A stretch of DNA of 30,114 nucleotides from a virus (Duplodnaviria > Caudoviricetes), in IMG/VR virus record IMGVR_UViG_3300044448_005072, positions 1 through 30,114 of that record; one strand, written 5' to 3'. This document shows, one piece after another, positions 17,313 to 26,061 of the stretch (within the stretch, counting starts at the first letter, position 1; every line of letters begins with the position of its first letter). A program made the translations under genes and the position numbers. The notes beneath the pieces were generated by a model. The model was given only the letters and a program-made list of their open reading frames with translations, searched no databases and was not told the origin of the DNA.

Positions 17313-17538
17313 CTTCCCCGTATCCGTCTGACTCTTCGTCCTCTTCAAATACAGTGTTGATTGCTTCTTCTAATTTGGCGTCGTATTCGGCAGAGGCTTT
17401 TATTTCATCATGATCCACACCAATATCTTCTAAACTTTTTATGAAGTCTATGGCCATGTCCAGTTTTTGTCTCTCTGGTACATAATGCACAATTGAACCC
17501 CAAAGTCTTTCAATGTCTTCGTGTGTAAAATCAATCAT
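17305..17538 (-). CDS. Small acidic hypothetical protein, 77 aa
   Basis: Coupled to the uvsX stop (TAATG) and overlaps the uvsY start. Confidence 0.7.
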   Translation of the reverse strand: MIDFTHEDIERLWGSIVHYVPERQKLDMAIDFIKSLEDIGVDHDEIKASAEYDAKLEEAINTVFEEDEESDGYGEDD

Positions 17539-18590
17539 TACTCTTCGTTTTCCTCTGTGATTTCGGCAGGTGCTTCGTCTTTAAATTCTGCCATTATCAT
17601 ATCTAATTTATCACCGGTCCACGCTTTTCTGAAATCAATATGCTCTTTTCCTTTAGAATCTACGTATTTTAGTCTGTTTCCTGTTTGCACTAGTAAACCT
17701 TTTTTCTCAAACAAGTCAACTAGTCCGCTGTAAGGATCCATGCCTGTATCATATGGTATCTTGACTTGCACACCCTCAAACGGTTTAGCATATCTTGTTT
17801 TCATAACTTTACAAGCGGCTCTAATACCCCTTACATCACTTACTTTGTTGCCTTTTTCATCTTCTTTTAATTTTAATTTTTTCATTGCAACAACAATACT
17901 TGACGCATAGATAAATCCTTGTCCGCCTGATATCTTGTCGTCCGGATCAAACATATCTTGTGATGCGTATGTGTGGTTGGTTGCTATAAGTCCTACGTTC
18001 CAACTACCAAACATATTAACGCAGTTTCTTACAAGTGCCGTTAATGCCTTAGGTTTTCTACCCAAGTCACCTTTCATCTCACCTGCTTCAAACTGATTAA
18101 CATCTGTTGGTGTTAGTAACATACCCAAACTGTCTATAACAAATAGTACTTTAGGTGCACCTTCTTTGTTATCTGCGTGTTGGTCTTTGTAACCTTTCAT
18201 GAACTCTGAAACAGTTTTTGCTACGTCATCAACCATGGACATACTTAATTTCATAAGTTTGTCTTCTGATGTATCTACTTTTAATGCTTGTAGCCACTGT
18301 TCATCTAATGCGTTCTCTGTATCAATTAGTATTACGAATATACCTTGATCCTGTGCATTTTTAATAATGTTGCCTGATGCTATGTATGACTTACCTGCAC
18401 CAGACTCACCGGCAAGTACTGTAACCTTGCCTAAGGGAATTCCTTTATTGAAGTCACTAGTCATGAGATAATTCAGTGCGTAATTACCCGTTGATATCCA
18501 ATCAGTTGGATCACTAAATCCTATGCCTAGTCCTTGTATTGATTTGGTAATACTTTTTCTAAATTTTGTTGCGTCAAATACTTTTGTCAT
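17538..18590 (-). CDS. uvsX: UvsX/RecA-like recombinase
   Basis: Walker A GESGAGKS, IDTENALD, Walker B FVIDSLG, NHTY, SGG.G..YASS, MKTRY. Confidence 0.93.
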   Translation of the reverse strand: MTKVFDATKFRKSITKSIQGLGIGFSDPTDWISTGNYALNYLMTSDFNKGIPLGKVTVLAGESGAGKSYIASGNIIKNAQDQGIFVILIDTENALDEQWLQALKVDTSEDKLMKLSMSMVDDVAKTVSEFMKGYKDQHADNKEGAPKVLFVIDSLGMLLTPTDVNQFEAGEMKGDLGRKPKALTALVRNCVNMFGSWNVGLIATNHTYASQDMFDPDDKISGGQGFIYASSIVVAMKKLKLKEDEKGNKVSDVRGIRAACKVMKTRYAKPFEGVQVKIPYDTGMDPYSGLVDLFEKKGLLVQTGNRLKYVDSKGKEHIDFRKAWTGDKLDMIMAEFKDEAPAEITEENEE

Positions 18591-18600
18591 TTTATTTTCG

Positions 18601-18699
18601 TTATAGAACTATCCAAAGAATAATTGCCACAATTAACATCCATGCGGGTATTTGTTTGTACAATATCCATTCGACAGCCTTTTGTATTTTCTTTTTCAT
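18601..18699 (-). CDS. 32-aa small membrane protein, not in the ORF track
   Basis: Hand translation MKKKIQKAVEWILYKQIPAWMLIVAIILWIVL*: basic N-terminus and hydrophobic C-terminal helix. Fills the gp32-uvsX gap directly behind a promoter. Confidence 0.7.
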   Translation of the reverse strand: MKKKIQKAVEWILYKQIPAWMLIVAIILWIVL

Positions 18700-18705
18700 A
18701 ATAAT

Positions 18706-18734
18706 ATATTACTACACAAGGCCTCAATAGTCAA
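18706..18734 (-). promoter_or_regulatory. Sigma70-type promoter TTGACT-N17-TAATAT
   Basis: Minus strand: TTGACT (18734-18729), 17-nt spacer, TAATAT (18711-18706), 6 nt, then ATG 18699. Confidence 0.65.
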
Positions 18735-18747
18735 TATCAAGGCCTTG
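18717..18747 (-). terminator. 13-bp stem-loop after gp32 (terminator or processing hairpin)
   Basis: CAAGGCCTTGATA-TTGAC-TATTGAGGCCTTG with two G-U pairs on the minus-strand RNA, 12 nt after the gp32 stop. No strong U-tract. Confidence 0.55.
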
Positions 18748-18759
18748 GTAAATGTCAGA

Positions 18760-19734
18760 TTATTTTGCTTGTCTTGATCTAATCAATTTCAAGATGTCTT
18801 CTGCTCTCTTGGCACTGTCACCTGCAGGAGCCGTAGCCGCCGCTGGTTGTGGTGCTGGTGCAGATTCAGTTACCGGTGCTGTTGTAGCCGCCGGTGCTGT
18901 TGTAGCCGCTGGTGCTTCTGCCACAGGTGTTTTTGGTTTACCTTGGTAAGCCACGCCTGCAGGTCTGAAGTACTGTCCATACTGCTCAAGATCATAAGCC
19001 TCACCTTCCACAGATTTCTCAAATAATTCTTTGATTATTTTTACTTCTGCTTCAGTTGGTTCTTTTGGTCTGAAGTCGTTTAGATTGTGTAATCCATGCG
19101 TGTCGATTGCGGCTCTTTCTGCCTCATCTAATGCACGTTCTCTTCTTGACCATTTTGATGTTGAGTAGTCGGCGTATCCACCTTTAGTTGTTTTAGTAAT
19201 TCTAAAGTCAACACCTTTTACATAATCAGTTGGCATTTCCTCCATCTCTGGATCCATCAATGCACTCCTAATGATGTTAAAGATCTGAGGTCCAATAATA
19301 AATCTTCTGATTGGATTCTCAGGCGTTGTGTCCTCTGCTAACGGGTTTGTTGTGACAAAACCTTGGAAAATGTAACTTTTCTTTTTCCAATATTTTCTGC
19401 CCATGTCTTCCATGCTCTTGTCTTTGAACCATGGTCTAACTTCTGTTAGCACTGGACAAGTCTTTCCATACATCTCCATGCATGGTACTTGTACCGTTAC
19501 TGGTCTTGAATCAGTCTGACCTTTAATACCTGCGAAAGGTAGTTTGATCATATTTCTTTCAGTCCAGAAAAATGTATTGTTTGTATCCTTATCAGGTAAG
19601 AATCTAACAACTGCTTCTGAGCCTTCTGATATATTCCAGTGTGGGTAAATGGCGTTGTCTCCGCCAGTATTTGAAGTGGAGCGATTCACTTCTTGAGATT
19701 TTAATTTCGCCCTTATTTCAGCCAATGATGCCAT
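18760..19734 (-). CDS. gp32: T4 gp32-like single-stranded DNA-binding protein
   Basis: AVVRFLPD, CPV, KYWKKKSY, GPQIFNII, GVDFRITKT.KGGYADYSTSKW. SD GGAGG at 19743-19747. Adjacent to uvsX and uvsY. Confidence 0.88.
   Translation of the reverse strand: MASLAEIRAKLKSQEVNRSTSNTGGDNAIYPHWNISEGSEAVVRFLPDKDTNNTFFWTERNMIKLPFAGIKGQTDSRPVTVQVPCMEMYGKTCPVLTEVRPWFKDKSMEDMGRKYWKKKSYIFQGFVTTNPLAEDTTPENPIRRFIIGPQIFNIIRSALMDPEMEEMPTDYVKGVDFRITKTTKGGYADYSTSKWSRRERALDEAERAAIDTHGLHNLNDFRPKEPTEAEVKIIKELFEKSVEGEAYDLEQYGQYFRPAGVAYQGKPKTPVAEAPAATTAPAATTAPVTESAPAPQPAAATAPAGDSAKRAEDILKLIRSRQAK
18873..18916. repeat. 18-bp in-frame tandem repeat (two exact copies plus a partial) in the gp32 linker
   Basis: ccggtgctgttgtagccg x2; encodes APAATT-APAATT-AP. 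Confidence 0.9.
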
Positions 19735-19828
19735 AATGTAAGCCTCCTATATTGCCTATGTTTGTTTGTGCCTAAATGTATATTAAGCATTATCGCTATA
19801 ATATACACTGATATTTATCTAATGTCTA
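19735..19828 (-). promoter_or_regulatory. gp32 leader: nested sigma70-like and late promoters, hairpin, TAGGCA repeats, SD
   Basis: TAGACA (19828-19823)-N17-TATATT (19805-19800); TAAATA at 19817-19812; inverted repeat TGTATATTA/TAATATACA (19777-19785 and 19799-19807); GGAGG. Confidence 0.55.
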
Positions 19829-19865
19829 CTACTATTTTACATAATTTAGGTTGTTAATATGCGTC

Positions 19866-19873
19866 TATAAATA
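19866..19873 (+). promoter_or_regulatory. Full T4 late promoter consensus TATAAATA, 5 nt before ATG 19879
   Basis: TATAAATA-ttttg-ATG. Confidence 0.75.
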
Positions 19874-19878
19874 TTTTG

Positions 19879-20850
19879 ATGAAATTTTGTGACCAACCAT
19901 GGACAACATTTACCATAACAGCAGATGGATCTATGGTGCCTTGTTTATGTGGTATATGGAACACAGTAGGACCTATTGGTAATGTTATAAATCAAGATCT
20001 TAATGAAATTTTGCAATCACAAAAATTAAAAAGTTTCAAGGAAACTATTTTAGATCAATCATTTGGAAACTGCACAAACATTTGTCCACATTTGCCAATT
20101 TTACCCAATGTCGACACCATTGAAAAGGACAGCGAGCAACTTTTCTTGCCTACGCACTTGTTGTTAGGTATTGATCAAAACTGTAATTTAAGATGTGAAA
20201 GTTGTCGTTCTGAAAATATTTTTTCTAAAACAAGGAATAAAAATGCAGATATTATCTTGGAAAAGATACAAACTACTTTTGCTAATCAGCAGGTAACTTT
20301 GCAATGTGACGGATATGGAGATGTGTTTGCTTCTGAATCATACAAGAATTTTTTTGCAAATATTGATAAAAATTTTAATTTACATATAATCACAAATGGT
20401 AATCTAATAACAAAGAATCAAAATTTAATTGAAAAATTATCAAATCAAATATTATCTGTTGACGTTAGTATTGACGCCGCCACACCAGATACCTATTCAA
20501 ACACTAGGGGAGGTGTTTTTGATAAAGTGATAGATGGCATAAAACTTTTAGTAGAGCAAAAAATCAAAGTAAATTTAAGTTTTGTTGTTCAAGAAAAAAA
20601 TTATACTGAAGTGATGCCCGCATATGAACTAGCAGTCAATTTAGGTTGTCATTCGATAAATTTTCACAAACTTGAAAAATGGTCTCACATGACTGACTCT
20701 TGGTGGAATAGAAATAAGTTAGATGACAATCCAAGTGTTGATTTGTCTAGTCTAAAGAAAAATTTTGAGTATTTTAAAACATTGCCAAAACAAGTAGTGT
20801 GGGGGGAATCAATCCCGGTTTACATGACCGGTAATTTATATAATCTTTAA
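19879..20850 (+). CDS. Radical SAM enzyme with N-terminal SPASM/twitch-like domain
   Basis: FCDQPW....ADGSMVPCLC...IGNV...CTNICP precedes CNLRCESC, ITNG, VSIDAAT..TY..TRGG. ATG 19879 preferred over TTG 19876. Confidence 0.85.
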   Translation: MKFCDQPWTTFTITADGSMVPCLCGIWNTVGPIGNVINQDLNEILQSQKLKSFKETILDQSFGNCTNICPHLPILPNVDTIEKDSEQLFLPTHLLLGIDQNCNLRCESCRSENIFSKTRNKNADIILEKIQTTFANQQVTLQCDGYGDVFASESYKNFFANIDKNFNLHIITNGNLITKNQNLIEKLSNQILSVDVSIDAATPDTYSNTRGGVFDKVIDGIKLLVEQKIKVNLSFVVQEKNYTEVMPAYELAVNLGCHSINFHKLEKWSHMTDSWWNRNKLDDNPSVDLSSLKKNFEYFKTLPKQVVWGESIPVYMTGNLYNL

Positions 20851-22859
20851 TATGTTGCTAATTGTGTAATTCTAGCAATTTCTTCTTCAACACCTGCGAT
20901 GTTTTGTGCGTTATCGTTGTCTACTTTGGCTTTGATAGCCGATACTATTTTTGCTCTTGATTCGTTTAAAGACTCTTTTACTTCTATTTCTTCTTCTGAA
21001 AAGAACTCGTCAAGTTGTAAGCCTGCTAATTCTATAGCATCTTTTAAACTATATTCTTGGTCACCGACTTTAAATTTGTCTCCGGCTTTCATACCAGCCG
21101 CTTTTGCTTTTCTCACTGCATTTGCAAATTCGTTTCCTTCAGAAGTTTTGTCAACATATCTAGGATCGCCTGCTTTCATTCTTTGGTATGCAGGATTATT
21201 CATCATTTTGTCTGCTTTTCGTACGTGAAGTTTTGTTGCGTTCTCTTTGTCTTTTTTCTCTATCTCACGATCTCTTGGATAATCTCCCATCTTCGCATAT
21301 TCGTCAACATTAGGGTTTACTAATGACTCTGCCCACTCTTCAAACTCAGTTGCTTCACCCCTTGCTCTCTTGTCAAGTTTAGGATGTTTCTTAGGATTGA
21401 ACTCTTCTGGATCCATTCTTACTTCTTTTCCATACTCTGGATCTTTTTCCATTTTCTTGTAGTCGTCAATATATCTCTTCGCCAACTGTATTGCTATCTT
21501 TTTGTTTTTCATGTAGTCAGGTGTTGGCTTAAATGATGCAGAGTTTTCCTGCTCCATTTCATCTGCAACTCTAGAAGCAAAGTTTGCCACTCTGTCTTCC
21601 TCGCCTGATTTAGTTAAAAGTCTTGATGCTATGTCTGAAAGTATTGAACTTAACATTGTGTTCTTGTTTGTGAATTTTGTGTTTCTCAACATCTTGTCTG
21701 CAGAATCATCTTTTCTTAACACTAGTTTGCTTTTAGGATCTGTTAAAAATGATTGTACAACTGCACCGTGATCAACTGGTGGTTCAACTGGTGCGTCTAT
21801 TGGCTCTTCGCCTGGGTCTAGTTCGTTAACTTGTTCTTCTTCTTTAGGTGCATTTTCTATTTCTGCCATTACTTTGTCTATAAGTGGAAATGCGTCTTCT
21901 ACTCTTTTGTCCAAGTTTGTCATTGTAAATTTTTCTCTTAATTTTGCAACTGTCTCATCATCAAGTACTTGGTCTTCTGCTTTCTTGTAATTTTTGCAAC
22001 TTGACTCGTAGTGACTTTGTTTAGAAAGATTTCTCATATATTCTCTTAAATTTTCTAATTTTAATTTTGTATTTTCAATTATGTCGCCTGCGTTGTCGTT
22101 CAGTTGATCCTTGTTAGAAACATATCTTGAGAATGAATTTAATTTTGCTATGTCTTCTGAAGTCTGTATTATATGTTCACCAAATTCATCATGCGGTCTT
22201 CCACCGTTAGCAACGTGTCTCTGCATTGCTCTTGCACCTGCTAGGTGTGTTAATGGATATTTGAATCTTTCACCATCTTCATTTTCGATGTATAGTGATT
22301 GTATCTGTCTAGATCTTGCACCAGGTACAGTTTCGTCAACTTTGCCCTTGTGCCTAATTATTAATCTTGTTTTATCTAGGTTCTCATATGAACGTCTTGC
22401 AGTACCCGTTAAACTTTCTTTAACTTCTACACCTGCTAATTTTGTAATTCTGTTTAGTTCTTCTGACATTTCATCAGTATTTACCGTTTTGTTCGTATCT
22501 GCAATATTTTGATAGTCCTGCTTCGTTAGGTTCGATTTAGTAATATCTCTAACGTCAAAACCCAGTTGATGCTCAACTGCATAATCTTTTAACTCTTTTA
22601 AAAACGCATACCATTCGTCTCTGCTGTCCTCATCAATTTTGCTTACTAGATCCCTGTTGTAGTACACTTTCATGTTTTCACCGTCTGCTAGGCTAACACT
22701 TACTGAACCAAATGTGTCAGCATCTTCTTGAAATTCAAACTCAAAGAATACAGCACTGTTTGGATCCGCTGTTGCGGCACCGTTCTCATCGCCCAAACGA
22801 ACGTTTGAAAATTGTGATCTTATTTTGTTGAATAGGTCTACTGAGTTTTTTGGGTTCAT
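20847..22859 (-). CDS. 670-aa acidic protein, probably virion/head-associated
   Basis: Late-promoter motif, position in the packaging module, many [ILV]-x-E sites and RITKLAG-type motifs. No catalytic motif recognised. Confidence 0.55.
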   Translation of the reverse strand: MNPKNSVDLFNKIRSQFSNVRLGDENGAATADPNSAVFFEFEFQEDADTFGSVSVSLADGENMKVYYNRDLVSKIDEDSRDEWYAFLKELKDYAVEHQLGFDVRDITKSNLTKQDYQNIADTNKTVNTDEMSEELNRITKLAGVEVKESLTGTARRSYENLDKTRLIIRHKGKVDETVPGARSRQIQSLYIENEDGERFKYPLTHLAGARAMQRHVANGGRPHDEFGEHIIQTSEDIAKLNSFSRYVSNKDQLNDNAGDIIENTKLKLENLREYMRNLSKQSHYESSCKNYKKAEDQVLDDETVAKLREKFTMTNLDKRVEDAFPLIDKVMAEIENAPKEEEQVNELDPGEEPIDAPVEPPVDHGAVVQSFLTDPKSKLVLRKDDSADKMLRNTKFTNKNTMLSSILSDIASRLLTKSGEEDRVANFASRVADEMEQENSASFKPTPDYMKNKKIAIQLAKRYIDDYKKMEKDPEYGKEVRMDPEEFNPKKHPKLDKRARGEATEFEEWAESLVNPNVDEYAKMGDYPRDREIEKKDKENATKLHVRKADKMMNNPAYQRMKAGDPRYVDKTSEGNEFANAVRKAKAAGMKAGDKFKVGDQEYSLKDAIELAGLQLDEFFSEEEIEVKESLNESRAKIVSAIKAKVDNDNAQNIAGVEEEIARITQLATY

Positions 22860-22865
22860 ATAGCG

Positions 22866-22871
22866 TATTTA
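22866..22871 (-). promoter_or_regulatory. TAAATA 6 nt before ATG 22859; includes the upstream stop codon
   Basis: TAAATA-cgctat-ATG. Confidence 0.65.
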
Positions 22872-24410
22872 TTGTTTAATTAAGTGTTTCCTACAGTCTT
22901 CTAAATCAGGTATATAATCCGCTAGTTTGGATCCTCTACTTTGATCAAGCACGTCGTTATATTTGAAAAATCTACGTAATTTTTCGCGGTCAAAGGTGTT
23001 TTTATTTTTAGTATCTCCATAGAAATCATACAGATTGTTTACAAAATTAGTAGTACCACTTTCGTTATGCCAATAACAGTTGGTTTTTTTGGCTTTTTGC
23101 ATTGATTTGAATACTAAACTTCTGTTGGGATGATTGTAAGGATCTAATAGATTGTTTTTAAATCCTGCCCACTGTAACTGTATTGGTGCGTATGGAAACT
23201 CCCGGTCAAACATTTCCATTGTTTCGCCTAAAGTAGCAACATTGTAAATGCTTACTACTGATATTATGTGAACTTTGTTTCCCTGTTGATAGAATTTGTG
23301 AATGTTTTCTTTCTGCTTCTTATCAACAGTATTCCATCTTACATACTCATTGACCTTTCCTGCACCGTCCACGCTTGTGGATATGCACATATTTGTAAAT
23401 TGCTTACAAAGGTTAAAAAACTTTGGTTTTATGCTTACACTGTTGGTCTGCATGTTAAAGGTGAAATCTGTTTTCTTTTGTTCTATACACTTTTCCATGA
23501 ACTTATAAACAGAACTCATTACTGAAGGATCGCCCCCAGCCACATACAATCTTTTAACAGTATTAATATCAACCCTGTCAAATGTATTATTAATTCTAAC
23601 AGTTTTTGTATTGTCTATTAATGATAAAAATTCTTTGTCTTTAATTGTTTTGTTTTCTTTTTCTATAAGATGGCTAAAACTCGAGGTACACATTCTACAC
23701 ATAGCATTACATTTTGAACTCGGTCGAATTTCATAATACAAAGGATTTCTAATTTTTGTAAGGTCTTCAATCTTTTTAAGTTTTAATCGTGCTATCCAAT
23801 CAAAACTATAATTCCACCGTTGCTCTCTAATGCCTTTATCTTCGTAAACGTGGCAACCACGACAATTCCTATTCCTAACTCCTTGTAGCATGTTCTGTCT
23901 TATCTTGTTATAGTCTTTATTAGTTGCCCAATCGGTCAGGTTCTTTTTTTTCGCAACAGGTATTTGTGATCTCCCACAAAGCGAGGTATGTTCTCCATAA
24001 CTGTCATGCATTAATAACCAAGGATACACGCATATACTTTTGTTTTTCTCAAAGACATCCGTCCAATAATATAGATATTGCATGTTTTCTTTATTCATAA
24101 TTTCAACATCAATTCCCATGTCTTTCATATCGTTTATTAGTTTGAACATGGATAGAAATATTCTATGATTAGAAAATTTATCTTGCTCCTGGTCTAAAAG
24201 CACCACACGATCAAATTTTTTGCTTGATTCTATGATATGTCTTGGCTCCATGGCTAATGGACCAATGTGATAATATCCGTTTTCTAGTTTAGATGTATCC
24301 GAAGGAACCATGCCTCTGAAAATTGAATTATTTTCTTGGGCAAGTGTTTCTGTGAGGTGATGCCCCCATGCATGTCGAGACGAATTATCTCCTAAGCACA
24401 TTACTTTCAT
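22869..24410 (-). CDS. Radical SAM enzyme with an unknown N-terminal domain and an upstream twitch/SPASM-like domain
   Basis: About 120 aa unknown domain, then CVYPW...SLC...IRQNMLQG...CRGC, then CNAMCRMC, AGGDP, QTN, SVDG...EYVRW. Confidence 0.85.
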   Translation of the reverse strand: MKVMCLGDNSSRHAWGHHLTETLAQENNSIFRGMVPSDTSKLENGYYHIGPLAMEPRHIIESSKKFDRVVLLDQEQDKFSNHRIFLSMFKLINDMKDMGIDVEIMNKENMQYLYYWTDVFEKNKSICVYPWLLMHDSYGEHTSLCGRSQIPVAKKKNLTDWATNKDYNKIRQNMLQGVRNRNCRGCHVYEDKGIREQRWNYSFDWIARLKLKKIEDLTKIRNPLYYEIRPSSKCNAMCRMCTSSFSHLIEKENKTIKDKEFLSLIDNTKTVRINNTFDRVDINTVKRLYVAGGDPSVMSSVYKFMEKCIEQKKTDFTFNMQTNSVSIKPKFFNLCKQFTNMCISTSVDGAGKVNEYVRWNTVDKKQKENIHKFYQQGNKVHIISVVSIYNVATLGETMEMFDREFPYAPIQLQWAGFKNNLLDPYNHPNRSLVFKSMQKAKKTNCYWHNESGTTNFVNNLYDFYGDTKNKNTFDREKLRRFFKYNDVLDQSRGSKLADYIPDLEDCRKHLIKQ

Positions 24411-24415
24411 ATTGT

Positions 24416-24421
24416 TAATTA
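24416..24421 (-). promoter_or_regulatory. TAATTA variant 5 nt before ATG 24410
   Basis: TAATTA-acaat-ATG. Confidence 0.5.
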
Positions 24422-24427
24422 TTGTGT

Positions 24428-26020
24428 CTATCCAGTGAAGGAGCCAAAAATTGGCATTGGAGTAATTTCCGATGTTCTATCTGTCCATTTCTCGAAAATT
24501 TTTGGATCAAAATCCGCCAGTACTTTCATCATACGAGTCATTAGTAAACATGCACTTACTAGGTCATCGTGCTGTCCAGGCTTGGCCTTGAAACTTAAAC
24601 CAGCCGCAACAAAATCTTTCATTTCTGATATAAGCAGTTGCGAGTTAATTTTCATCTTACCACCTTCTACAAGTTCCTTAAACTTTGTACAAGCATCAAT
24701 TTTAAATTTTGCAGTTGTATTAAATCCTCTTCTAAATTTACGTCTATGACCTTTTCTTATTGGTTCACTTAAGAACATACCCATAATGTTTTCTTCACCT
24801 ATATCCATCACACGCATTAATGCCGCTTCACCTATGGTATTGTTCTCCATACTGTAGAATATTTGCGGAGTTGCACTAGAATCTCTTTCTATAATTGTGT
24901 CATGGATGTGTTTGTTAATACCTTGTAGTATTCTTACCTGCTGGTTCATTGGAGTCATGTTATGATGCCATTCTCCTATTTGCTCAAATGTTGGCAATTC
25001 AAATACTTGTATAGCCGCAAAGTCTCCTCCCGTTCCCATACTTGGATCCAATGAAACCATGTAAGTGTGTCCAGGCGTAGGTCTCTTAAACCAACGCACT
25101 TGTCCTGTGGTTTCTACAGGTGGTATACCTTCCATGTCCGCCAGTGTTAAACTTGAAATTAATGTTTCATCAAAAATTAAGAATTCACACTCGTGTTCCC
25201 TTCTAAATCTTTCTTCACCAATTCTTGAACGTTCTTGTTCTGCCCATGCTTCGTCTCTGTCTGGGTGTTCGTTCCAGTGTGCTTTCATGGCATAGAAACC
25301 GTTAGTTCCTACTATTTTGTCATTGCCATATTCGTCAAATCTTTTGTTTGCTTCTTTCCATATCATTGCAAACTGGTCCTCGTCACTGTTTGGAGTTGAA
25401 GTAATTAAACATTTACCACCTGTACTCAATGTTGGAGATAGTGAAGTCCAAAACTCTTTGGCTTTCTCTGGTGGTTGCACGAACGCAAACTCATCACAAT
25501 ATATTAATGTAAGTGACATACCCCGTCCTGTGTTCTCAGTCGTTGTGGTTGCCATTATCTTTGAGCCATTGTCAAATTCTATACTGTTCCTGTTGTATTG
25601 TGTTACCCCTGCTTTGATCCAACTAGGCAACATCTCATATGCATAACGCACCCTTGACATGATGTCTGATGCTCCTGCGTATTTGTGTGCGGCGATTAGT
25701 ATCTGTGAATCTGGTCTAAACATAGCATACCATATTAGATATCCTGACGCACAGGTTGTTTTTCCTGTTTGTCTAGGTAGCATTGATATTGAGAATCTAT
25801 GATTGTTGTATGCTTCTACTAGTCTTTCCTGGTAAGGAAATGGTTGAAACTTCATTTCACCTTTTGTTGGATGTTGTATCTTCATAAAAGATTTCATGAA
25901 GTATAAAGGACCTGTATTGGGGTCCATGCACTTTTCTAATTGTTCTACTTGTTCCTTAGAATATTTGTGCTTCTTATTGGCTTTTTTTATTTGGTCTGAA
26001 TCTAAACTTACGTATGCCAT
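24428..26020 (-). CDS. gp17: Terminase large subunit (T4 gp17-like)
   Basis: PYQ adenine-binding motif, Walker A PRQTGKT, Walker B IYCDEFAF, TSTPN coupling motif, nuclease LDPS.GTGGD...HDDLV. Confidence 0.95.
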   Translation of the reverse strand: MAYVSLDSDQIKKANKKHKYSKEQVEQLEKCMDPNTGPLYFMKSFMKIQHPTKGEMKFQPFPYQERLVEAYNNHRFSISMLPRQTGKTTCASGYLIWYAMFRPDSQILIAAHKYAGASDIMSRVRYAYEMLPSWIKAGVTQYNRNSIEFDNGSKIMATTTTENTGRGMSLTLIYCDEFAFVQPPEKAKEFWTSLSPTLSTGGKCLITSTPNSDEDQFAMIWKEANKRFDEYGNDKIVGTNGFYAMKAHWNEHPDRDEAWAEQERSRIGEERFRREHECEFLIFDETLISSLTLADMEGIPPVETTGQVRWFKRPTPGHTYMVSLDPSMGTGGDFAAIQVFELPTFEQIGEWHHNMTPMNQQVRILQGINKHIHDTIIERDSSATPQIFYSMENNTIGEAALMRVMDIGEENIMGMFLSEPIRKGHRRKFRRGFNTTAKFKIDACTKFKELVEGGKMKINSQLLISEMKDFVAAGLSFKAKPGQHDDLVSACLLMTRMMKVLADFDPKIFEKWTDRTSEITPMPIFGSFTG

Positions 26021-26027
26021 AACGTAG

Positions 26028-26033
26028 TATTTA
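26028..26033 (-). promoter_or_regulatory. TAAATA 7 nt before the terminase ATG
   Basis: TAAATA-ctacgtt-ATG. Confidence 0.65.
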
Positions 26034-26061
26034 ATACCTTATTGTGTGGTGGAAAACTAAC

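Noticed and set aside
18873-18916. Tandem repeat as a CRISPR-like or regulatory array
   Set aside because: Only two adjacent in-frame copies without spacers, inside a low-complexity protein linker.
24428-26020. Intein or intron in the terminase or recombinase
   Set aside because: Both ORFs are uninterrupted and of normal length, with no splicing motifs seen.
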